Shown here one piece after another: positions 8,748 to 15,821 of a stretch of 24,000 nt of DNA (positions are counted from its first letter, which is position 1; each line of letters starts with the position of its first letter). The DNA comes from an uncultured Candidatus Woesearchaeota archaeon. GTDB lineage: Archaea > Nanobdellota > Nanobdellia > Woesearchaeales > UBA10107. The position numbers and the translations under genes were made by a program. Under the pieces are notes generated by a model. The model ran no database searches and was not told the origin of the DNA. It was given only the letters and a program-made list of their open reading frames with translations. The DNA lies in assembly GCA_963835585.1 (NCBI GenBank), contig CAWIGF010000003.1:217347-241346 (forward strand), written 5' to 3'.

Positions 8748-8755
8748 TATATAAA
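8748..8755 (-). promoter_or_regulatory. TATA box (tatataaa) for nitroreductase operon
   Basis: Centre is about 26 nt upstream of ATG 8725 on the minus strand. Confidence 0.5.
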
Positions 8756-8773
8756 CATATCGCTACAAATAGA

Positions 8774-8781
8774 TTTTTAAA
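8774..8781 (+). promoter_or_regulatory. TATA box (tttttaaa) for DNA ligase
   Basis: Centre is about 27 nt upstream of ATG 8804. Confidence 0.5.
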
Positions 8782-8803
8782 TGTTCATTCATAATACCTG
8801 TAC

Positions 8804-10576
8804 ATGAATTATGCCGATTTGGTGGATGTTTATGAAAAACTTGAGAAGACAACAAAGCGTCTAGAAAAAACACATATTCTTTCCGAATTCCTGAAGACAG
8901 TCAGCATTGATTCCTTGCCGTATGTTGTTCTTCTGCTGCAAGGAAATGTCTACCCTGCTGTGGAAGAGAAGAAGATTGGTGTTGCTGCCAAGCTAGTTCT
9001 GAAGGCATTGGCTGCGGCTACTGGCATTCCTTCCAACAAGGTCGAAAACCTATGGGCAAAAACGGGCGATTTGGGAGAGACTGCACAACAAATGATTTCC
9101 AAGAAGAAGCAAGTCACGCTATTCAAGACAGACATTACTGTAAAGAAAGTCATGGAGAATCTCAGGAAACTCGCTGAGATGGAAGGTGAAGGAACCGTTT
9201 CAAGAAAAGTCGATTTGATTTCTGAACTGCTAACTTCAGCCACTCCAAGGGAGGCAAAGTTCATAATAAGGACTGTACTCGAGGAATTGCGCGTCGGTGT
9301 CGCGGACGGAACACTTCGGGACGCAATAGTATGGTCGTTCTTTGCGAAGGACATAGGGTTCACATATGAATCGAATGAGAATGATTTCGTTGTTAAAGAC
9401 AGGCAACTCTACCAGAAATATGTAGATGCGGTGCAGCATGCATATGATTTGGTAAACGATTTCTCTGAGGTTATTGTTGTGGCGAAAGAAAAGGGACTTG
9501 CAGGCCTTGAAAGAATGTCGCTGAAACCAGGAGTTCCTATCAAAGTCATGCTCTATAAAAAAGCGAAAGACATAAAGGATGCTTTCGAGACAGTTGGAAA
9601 GCCGGCGCAGCTGGAATATAAATTCGACGGGTTCAGGATTGAGGGGCACAAGACTAACGGAAAAATAATTCTCTATACGCGTCGATTGGAAAATGTGACG
9701 CATCAATTTCCTGATTTGGTGCAGTTCATCAAGGAATACGTTAAGGCGGATAATTTCATCATTGACTCGGAGGCAGTTGGTTATGATCCGAAGACAAAGA
9801 AATATCTGCCTTTCCAGAAGATTTCGCAAAGAATAAAGAGAAAGTACGACATAAACGAGATGGCGGAGAAATTCCCCGTCGAATTGAATGTATTTGATAT
9901 AATTGAATTGAACGGAGAGAGTTGTCTGCACAAACCTTTCAAAGAAAGGAGAAGATTGCTTGAGAAGATAATTCCAAAGCAGCAGCTGTGGAAGATTAAG
10001 CTGGCAAATGCAATTGTAACTGATGATGAGAAAAAAGCGACAAAATTCTATCATGAATCGCTTGAGGCAGGCAATGAAGGCATTATGGTAAAGAGTTTAA
10101 TCGAAGGCTACCAACCGGGTTCTCGTGTAGGATACGGCATGAAAGTCAAGCCAATCATGGAGACTCTTGATGTTGTCATTGTGGGAGCTGAACATGGAGA
10201 AGGAAAGCGTGCGGGTTGGTTGAGTTCATTTGTCATCGCGTGCCTTGATGAAGACACTGATGAACTTGTTGAGATAGGCAAGGTAGCGACAGGATTCAAG
10301 GAAAAATCAGAAGAAGGTACGAGTTTCGATGAGATGACTGATCTGTTAAAGCCTTTGATTATCGAGGAGAGGGGGAAGATAGTGAAGGTTAAGCCAAAAA
10401 TTGTCATCGAAGTTGCGTATGAGGAAATACAGAAATCTTCTGAGTATTCATCCGGTTATGCATTGCGGTTCCCACGCTTGGTTAGGTTAAGAGAAGATAG
10501 GGGTCCTGACGATGCATCCACATTAAGAGAAGTCGATATTTTGTACAAGAATCAAAGGGGAAGGAATGAAAAATAA
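8804..10576 (+). CDS. lig: ATP-dependent DNA ligase (archaeal Lig1-type)
   Basis: 590 aa. N-terminal DNA-binding domain, adenylation motif I EYKFDGFR (KxDG), EGIMVK, OB-fold and C-terminal LRFPRLVRLREDR, all typical of archaeal/eukaryotic ligase I. Confidence 0.96.
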   Translation: MNYADLVDVYEKLEKTTKRLEKTHILSEFLKTVSIDSLPYVVLLLQGNVYPAVEEKKIGVAAKLVLKALAAATGIPSNKVENLWAKTGDLGETAQQMISKKKQVTLFKTDITVKKVMENLRKLAEMEGEGTVSRKVDLISELLTSATPREAKFIIRTVLEELRVGVADGTLRDAIVWSFFAKDIGFTYESNENDFVVKDRQLYQKYVDAVQHAYDLVNDFSEVIVVAKEKGLAGLERMSLKPGVPIKVMLYKKAKDIKDAFETVGKPAQLEYKFDGFRIEGHKTNGKIILYTRRLENVTHQFPDLVQFIKEYVKADNFIIDSEAVGYDPKTKKYLPFQKISQRIKRKYDINEMAEKFPVELNVFDIIELNGESCLHKPFKERRRLLEKIIPKQQLWKIKLANAIVTDDEKKATKFYHESLEAGNEGIMVKSLIEGYQPGSRVGYGMKVKPIMETLDVVIVGAEHGEGKRAGWLSSFVIACLDEDTDELVEIGKVATGFKEKSEEGTSFDEMTDLLKPLIIEERGKIVKVKPKIVIEVAYEEIQKSSEYSSGYALRFPRLVRLREDRGPDDASTLREVDILYKNQRGRNEK

Positions 10577-10832
10577 GAATCTGATTGAATTTTACGGCAG
10601 GGAGTGCCCTCATTGCAAACGGATTGAGCCTGTTGTTAAGGAATTTGAGAAGAAGTTCGGGGAAATAACAAAGTTTGAAATCTGGCATGATGCCGAGAAT
10701 AAAAGTTTATTTGATTCATTCGCTTCAAAGCGCTGCAATGGCGTTCCATTCTTTTTCAACACAGAGAACAAAAAATTTATTTGTGGGGAGTGTGATTTAG
10801 GGCAATTAGAAGAGTGGATGACTGGTTCTTAG
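10566..10832 (+). CDS. thioredoxin-fold CxxC protein (paralogue B)
   Basis: 88 aa. CPHC motif, CNGVPFF, KFICG. The start overlaps the ligase 3' end by 11 nt. Confidence 0.78.
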   Translation: MKNKNLIEFYGRECPHCKRIEPVVKEFEKKFGEITKFEIWHDAENKSLFDSFASKRCNGVPFFFNTENKKFICGECDLGQLEEWMTGS

Positions 10833-10900
10833 TTTTTTCATAATGAGTTCATTCTTTTGGTTGCAACAATAGCTGTACCTGTAGGATAGTGGATAGTAAT

Positions 10901-10910
10901 ATTTATATAT
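10901..10910 (+). promoter_or_regulatory. TATA box (atttatatat)
   Basis: Centre is about 27 nt upstream of ATG 10932. Confidence 0.5.
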
Positions 10911-10931
10911 TGTAAATTTTCTTGAATTTAT

Positions 10932-12098
10932 ATGAGAATTCTTTTATCAAAAAAGTCAAGAAAATACTTGTTTGAGTTTTTGAAACAAAAATATGTAGTT
11001 GATACATTGCCATCTCTTTCTCATAAACTCAAAATTCCATATGATACTTTTAAGAAATGGGCATATGGCGATGTATACCTTCCGAGTTCCATAATCCCTT
11101 CTGAACTAACTGGATTGAAAGTTATTGATCAACGCGAGGAAGGTTGGGGTCGTAAAAAAGGAGCGTCAATAGGAGGAAAGAGAAATGTTGAAATCATGAA
11201 GCAGCGACTTGGCGAAAAGAGGTATTTTGAGGTCAGAAGCAAGCTCGGTACAAAAATAATGCATAGTCTGTGGAGGAAATACGGATCAAATCTGACTAAT
11301 CGTGCGATTAGTGCAAGAATTCGAATACGGGAACGGAGTGCTTCACAACTAGAGGAACAACACAGTTCATTCTTTACTAATCAGATCGTTACATTAAATA
11401 ATTCGACTATTTCATTTAGTAATGCAGACAAGAAGAAAAATATACAATTTCCAACCGAAATGACATCCGAACTTGCCGAGGAAATTGGAATTCATCTCGG
11501 GGATGGATGTATGTCTTACAATCGAAATTATTTCTCTGTGAAGTGCAATAAAAAAGAAGAAGACTATATGTGTGGTAGATTGTTTTATCTTTACAAAACT
11601 CTTTATGGTGTGAATCTTAATCTTATGAGACTGCCAAGTGTTTCTGGGTTTGAAATATATTCAAAAGCATTATGTGAATTCAAGAATAAAATTCTGGGTA
11701 TTCCTCGTGGCGAAAAAGTCGGACGCATTAGAGTTCCTTCTGTAGTACTCAAAACTAAAAACAAGAGCATATATTGCTCTTTTATTAGGGGACTCTTCGA
11801 TACGGATGGTTGTATTCACTTACGTTATGGAAAATATCCTGTTATATCTATTGGAATACATTCAGAGATACTAATGGCACAAGTTGGTGAGATGCTGAAG
11901 AAAATGGGATTTTTGCCAGCTGTGTATGATAAGGCAGTAATATTGAGTGGTTTCACCATGCTAAGAAAATGGTTAAAATACATAGGTTCAAATAATCCTG
12001 TCAAACTTAGGAAACTCAATTGGGCGAGTAGTTCAGTGGATAAAATTATCGGTTGCGGTCCGGTAGACCGGGGTTCGATTCCCCGCTCGCTCGTTTGA
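10932..12098 (+). CDS. free-standing double-motif LAGLIDADG homing endonuclease-like protein with N-terminal HTH-like region; 3' end reads through the tRNA gene
   Basis: Two LAGLIDADG-type motifs: LAEEIGIHLGDGCM (~11472-11510) and FIRGLFDTDGCI (~11781-11816). Family-typical C-terminus LRKWLKYIGSNNPVKLRKL. No stop until TGA 12096-12098, so the last ~25 codons are tRNA sequence. Confidence 0.85.
   Translation: MRILLSKKSRKYLFEFLKQKYVVDTLPSLSHKLKIPYDTFKKWAYGDVYLPSSIIPSELTGLKVIDQREEGWGRKKGASIGGKRNVEIMKQRLGEKRYFEVRSKLGTKIMHSLWRKYGSNLTNRAISARIRIRERSASQLEEQHSSFFTNQIVTLNNSTISFSNADKKKNIQFPTEMTSELAEEIGIHLGDGCMSYNRNYFSVKCNKKEEDYMCGRLFYLYKTLYGVNLNLMRLPSVSGFEIYSKALCEFKNKILGIPRGEKVGRIRVPSVVLKTKNKSIYCSFIRGLFDTDGCIHLRYGKYPVISIGIHSEILMAQVGEMLKKMGFLPAVYDKAVILSGFTMLRKWLKYIGSNNPVKLRKLNWASSSVDKIIGCGPVDRGSIPRSLV
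12022..12093 (+). tRNA. tRNA-Arg (anticodon GCG), no intron, no encoded CCA
   Basis: Hand fold. Acceptor GGGCGAG/CTCGCTC (one G-U). U8 A9. D-arm GTTC-AGTGGATA-AAAT (weak: 3 pairs plus a C/A mismatch). Anticodon stem ATCGG/CCGGT, loop TTGCGGT. Variable AGAC. T-arm CGGGG-TTCGATT-CCCCG. Discriminator G. Confidence 0.8.
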
Positions 12099-12116
12099 TT
12101 CTTTGTTGTGATTTTC
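12094..12116 (+). terminator. T-rich tract after tRNA (tttgattctttgttgtgatttt)
   Basis: Oligo-T runs immediately 3' of the tRNA; archaeal termination uses oligo-T. Confidence 0.3.
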
Positions 12117-12134
12117 GCAAGGAAGAATCTAAAC

Positions 12135-12641
12135 TTACATCTCGTCCATTTCTATCTTGAGAATATTTTCCTTCGCTTGTATTTCCTTAAATTTTTTGTC
12201 AAGCCTGAAGAAAGATTGTGAATCAATCTGCCTTTCGAGAATAGGGATTCCTTTGTTGATCATTGAGAAGACATGGGCCTTTACCGTCAATTCCGTGAGT
12301 CCTGTTCTCATAGAAATGTCCCCGTAACTAAGAGGGGTCTGCTCAACCGCATATAAAACCATGAACACTTGTTTTTCTGATTCCGTAAGGGAGAATTCCT
12401 TGTTCTGCGAGATCGCTTTAGATACCAAGAAGTGTATCTCATCAACCTGCTCCCTGAGTTTCTCGAGCTTCAACTCAATTTCATCAAGCTGCGATCCGTG
12501 ATTAGTGAGTTCATCTGTATTTTCATTTATGGAAGTCAAATGATCATCCATTTCGTCGCGAACAGCCTTGAATGCAGAACGAACGTGTCTATCGAGCTCA
12601 ACCAACTGAGACTCCTCTTTTTTACTTCTGAACATTACCAT
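12135..12641 (-). CDS. coiled-coil plus C-terminal winged-HTH putative transcription regulator
   Basis: The N-terminal half has heptad-like periodicity (LDEIELKLEKLREQVDEI). The C-terminal region QVFMVLYAVEQTPLSYGDISMRTGLTELTVKAHVFSMINKGIPILER looks like a MarR/TrmB-style wHTH. The ORF track starts at GTG 12659; ATG 12641 fits the TATA spacing. Divergent from the 992-aa surface gene. Confidence 0.55.
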   Translation of the reverse strand: MVMFRSKKEESQLVELDRHVRSAFKAVRDEMDDHLTSINENTDELTNHGSQLDEIELKLEKLREQVDEIHFLVSKAISQNKEFSLTESEKQVFMVLYAVEQTPLSYGDISMRTGLTELTVKAHVFSMINKGIPILERQIDSQSFFRLDKKFKEIQAKENILKIEMDEM

Positions 12642-12666
12642 CCCCACTGAGACAATCACAAATTCA

Positions 12667-12680
12667 TTTATAAATATTTA
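12667..12680 (-). promoter_or_regulatory. TATA box (tttataaatattta)
   Basis: About 27-30 nt upstream of ATG 12641 on the minus strand. Confidence 0.45.
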
Positions 12681-12793
12681 TGTAGTCAAGATATGATGAA
12701 AATAATCCAGTTTTTATACAAATGCAGTGACGAAATATGTTCAATTTACTATTTCTAAACTCAAATTTGTTATTTATAAGCAAATCATAAAGG

Positions 12794-12803
12794 ATATATA
12801 TTA
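12794..12803 (+). promoter_or_regulatory. TATA box (atatatatta) for 992-aa gene
   Basis: About 45 nt upstream of ATG 12843. GGGGGT (SD-like) lies at 12824-12829. Confidence 0.4.
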
Positions 12804-12842
12804 ATCGCCTGTTGAAATCTACAGGGGGTTATTGGGTACATT

Positions 12843-15821
12843 ATGGGGCGTTTAGATGATTTAAAAGAGAGGAAAATTTTTTCTTCAACAGATGTTTCAA
12901 TAATATCGACTTTTATCTTATGCCTTATTTTTATTTTCTTCCTTCATTTCGTTACGACTCTTCATAATTCAGTCGGGTCGATTCAGATTGCGACGGAAAA
13001 GGCAACAATAAATCTTCAAAGCATCAATAACATTCAAATTCCTGCACAGGTTGTTTTCTACGGAAACACGACATCCAATAATCCCAAAATCGGTGCTGTC
13101 GTGACGCCGAAAGAGACGCCTGTGCTTCAAATTTCTTTCTCGGGTGCAGATAAGGACTCGATCAAAAACTTGAGAATCGAAGACGTTCCCAAGACAATAC
13201 CAAAACTCGATGAAAAGCATGCCTGGGTTCAACTTTATGCCATAGATTCTACCGCAGTAAACTTCACAAACGCTACAGTGAATGTTGTCGCAAAAGGCAC
13301 AAATCTCTATAAGTGCAAGTCATGGAATTTCGATAACCAATCCTGCAGCGGCACATGGGTATTATTCAAGACAGGGCTTGTTCCAGGACAGAAATATGAA
13401 TTTGAGCTGAGTCACGATGATCCTGCATTCGCTGAGATTATTGTAGCGATAGATGCACAGCATCTGGATGAGAATTACACTTTCATTTCAGACATATATC
13501 CTGAAATCGAGGCAATTGACAATAATTGGAGCGAACCAATTTATGAAAATCAATATGTAAGAGTAACATACGCTGAGAATCTAACTAGTAGTAACTTTAT
13601 TGACTATGTCGCTCGCTCAAACACTTCCGCATACTTCGATGTGTATATTGCTGGAACTGATCAGAAAGTCGGTACGAGCGATATTGTCTCTGGATCCCAG
13701 CAATACATCAATATGAGCGGGCTTAACCAACCAGAAGACACATTTGACTTCAAGATACAGGATCCTAACGAATCAGATGCGAATCCATTCATACAATTCG
13801 ACTACATCCATGACCAAGCTCCCAACAATCTGACAGCAAACTCTGGCATTTATTTCGATGGTTTCGAAACCGGAACATTAGTAACAGATGGTTGGACGGT
13901 ATCAAGTGGATGGGAGCGTAACATTACGGCTCCTTACGCGGGAACATATGATGTAAGGGATAATACAACAGTAACCACTGCAGCATATCTCTACTTGAAT
14001 ATGAGCACAGCTTACTATCAGAACATAAATATCTCATTCTATGCCAATACAACAGGAACATCAGTTACGAAATACATGGCAGAGTGGTGGAATGGAAGTG
14101 TATGGGGAGTATTAATGAACACAACGCACCTGGCAACATATACTTATTATAACTATCTTCTTACCGCAAACAATTCAAACAACAATGCAAATTTCCGTTT
14201 GATGTTCAATTGCACCGTTAGTGCGACTGCTGGACGGGGATGCTATCTTGATAACGTCAACATATCAGGAACCACAATGGATCCTAATATTACAGGAGTG
14301 ATGAATTACAGTGTAACGAATCAAAGTGTCATGATAAACTGGACAACCTATCTCAATTCAAATACAACGCTGCGGTATGGAAACCAAAGCTCAAATCTGC
14401 TTAGATTTAACATATCTGTTAATGACAATGGGGCTGTGCACAATGTTTCTGTGTCAGGATTGATGAACGGCACAATTTATTTCTACAATGTGACATCATG
14501 TACTCCTGCAGGAGCATGCAACACGTCTGGAATCTATAATTTCACGACATTGCCATATAATATTCCTCAAGTCTTTGCTGTGCTACCAGTCAATGGCTCA
14601 ATATTCAACACCAGTAACATCATTACAATACAGGCAAATGTAACTGGTCCTTTACCGGTAAATACAGTCTACACAAATATCACGTTGTCAAATAAATCGA
14701 TAACGCAGCTCACTTTGCCGGAATACGGAACATCGCCACAATACAATGCCACTTACACGGCCCCCAACTTGCTTGGAACCTACAACGTCACTTTCATAGC
14801 TAATGACACATTAAACAACATCAACAACACCATAAAGACTAATTTCACCGTAAATGACATAATCCCTCCAGCAGTGTTTTCTGTACTTCCTATTAATGGT
14901 ACTATCTTCAACATAAGCAATGTTATCACAATACAGGCAAATGTGACTGATAATATAAACGTGTCAACAGTCTACACAAATATCACGTTGTCAAATAAAT
15001 CGATAACGCAGCTCACTTTGCCGGAATACGGAACATCGCCACAATACAATGCCACTTACACAATCCCTGCACTGTCTGGCCAGTACAATGTGACATTCAT
15101 AGGAAACGATTCATCTGGAAATGTTAATTCTTCAATAACCACTTACTTCACAGTTGCATCTAGTATTTCGATTACTATACTTTCTGTTAATGCTACCCCT
15201 AATCCTGTGCTACCAAGTCAATTGGTGAATATAACTGCAAATGTTACTGATGGTGTCACAATCGATACTGTTTGGTTCAATCTTAATCTTATCAACATTA
15301 CCATGAAGGGATGCGGCACAGGAATATATTGTAACGATACCATTAATGTCTCTTCTTTGTATGCTGGTATCTACAGTTATACGGTCTATGCCAACGATAC
15401 TTCAAGTAATACCGCAACTCCAATGACTTCAAATTTCACTATATCTGCTGTTGTTTCAGTGAATCTGTATAACCAATCAATTAATTTCTCATCGGGACAA
15501 GTAGGCCAGACACTAAATGCACAACCACTATATGGTTTCCCGATGGTTGTCCAAAACACAGGAAACATAAACATATCTGTCAACATCAGCGGAACAAATC
15601 TTTCAGGGGCAACAAGTGCACGAATCACACCTAACTATGTTGATTGGTCGAATGCATCTGGATTTACGTCACTTGCGAATCTCAGCTATGCGCAGCAATT
15701 GGTTAACCCTCTTATGATGCAGCTGCAGACTACGAACATCTTTTTCAGAATCAATGTCCCGTTGGGAATCCCAAGTCAGCAGTATACTGGAAACATTACC
15801 ATTGTCGCAGAATCGAAATGA
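12843..15821 (+). CDS. large N-terminally anchored, heavily N-glycosylatable surface protein with FN3-like and tandem Ig-like modules
   Basis: 992 aa. N-terminal hydrophobic anchor IISTFILCLIFIFFLHFV. FN3-like segment (VMINWTTYLNSNTTLRYG...HNVSVSGLMNGTIYFYNV). Three Ig-like modules sharing an (I/L)xANVT(D/G) signature. C-terminal beta-sandwich-like module shared with ORF 18548-19432. About 65-70 N-x-S/T sequons by hand count. Confidence 0.8.
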   Translation: MGRLDDLKERKIFSSTDVSIISTFILCLIFIFFLHFVTTLHNSVGSIQIATEKATINLQSINNIQIPAQVVFYGNTTSNNPKIGAVVTPKETPVLQISFSGADKDSIKNLRIEDVPKTIPKLDEKHAWVQLYAIDSTAVNFTNATVNVVAKGTNLYKCKSWNFDNQSCSGTWVLFKTGLVPGQKYEFELSHDDPAFAEIIVAIDAQHLDENYTFISDIYPEIEAIDNNWSEPIYENQYVRVTYAENLTSSNFIDYVARSNTSAYFDVYIAGTDQKVGTSDIVSGSQQYINMSGLNQPEDTFDFKIQDPNESDANPFIQFDYIHDQAPNNLTANSGIYFDGFETGTLVTDGWTVSSGWERNITAPYAGTYDVRDNTTVTTAAYLYLNMSTAYYQNINISFYANTTGTSVTKYMAEWWNGSVWGVLMNTTHLATYTYYNYLLTANNSNNNANFRLMFNCTVSATAGRGCYLDNVNISGTTMDPNITGVMNYSVTNQSVMINWTTYLNSNTTLRYGNQSSNLLRFNISVNDNGAVHNVSVSGLMNGTIYFYNVTSCTPAGACNTSGIYNFTTLPYNIPQVFAVLPVNGSIFNTSNIITIQANVTGPLPVNTVYTNITLSNKSITQLTLPEYGTSPQYNATYTAPNLLGTYNVTFIANDTLNNINNTIKTNFTVNDIIPPAVFSVLPINGTIFNISNVITIQANVTDNINVSTVYTNITLSNKSITQLTLPEYGTSPQYNATYTIPALSGQYNVTFIGNDSSGNVNSSITTYFTVASSISITILSVNATPNPVLPSQLVNITANVTDGVTIDTVWFNLNLINITMKGCGTGIYCNDTINVSSLYAGIYSYTVYANDTSSNTATPMTSNFTISAVVSVNLYNQSINFSSGQVGQTLNAQPLYGFPMVVQNTGNINISVNISGTNLSGATSARITPNYVDWSNASGFTSLANLSYAQQLVNPLMMQLQTTNIFFRINVPLGIPSQQYTGNITIVAESK
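14565..15170 (+). repeat. intragenic tandem duplication, 2 x 303 bp (101-aa Ig-like module)
   Basis: Unit 1 is 14565-14867 and unit 2 is 14868-15170. 14664-14758 and 14967-15061 are 95/95 identical (offset exactly 303 bp), while the flanks are only about 60-75% identical by eye. Confidence 0.9.

Noticed and set aside
10881-10900. gtaGGATAGTGGATAGTaat upstream of the endonuclease ORF resembles the tRNA region GTAGTTCAGTGGATAAAAT. I considered it as the 5' exon or half of a split or intron-containing tRNA, with the endonuclease gene as the intron.
   Set aside because: No sequence upstream can pair with the 3' acceptor strand CTCGCTC. The downstream tRNA 12022-12093 is complete on its own. The similarity is largely a 7-nt tandem duplication (GGATAGT x2). 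It could still be a footprint of an insertion event, but I cannot support that.
12022-12098. The C-terminal 25 aa of the endonuclease ORF (ASSSVDKIIGCGPVDRGSIPRSLV) as a genuine protein extension.
   Set aside because: This sequence is simply the tRNA read in frame. There is no reason to think it is a functional peptide, and it is treated as read-through.
12693-12760. ATGATGA (C-box-like) and GTGACGA (C'-like) in the divergent intergenic region, considered as a C/D box sRNA.
   Set aside because: No CTGA D or D' boxes at the required spacing and no terminal pairing. The region is better explained as a divergent promoter.
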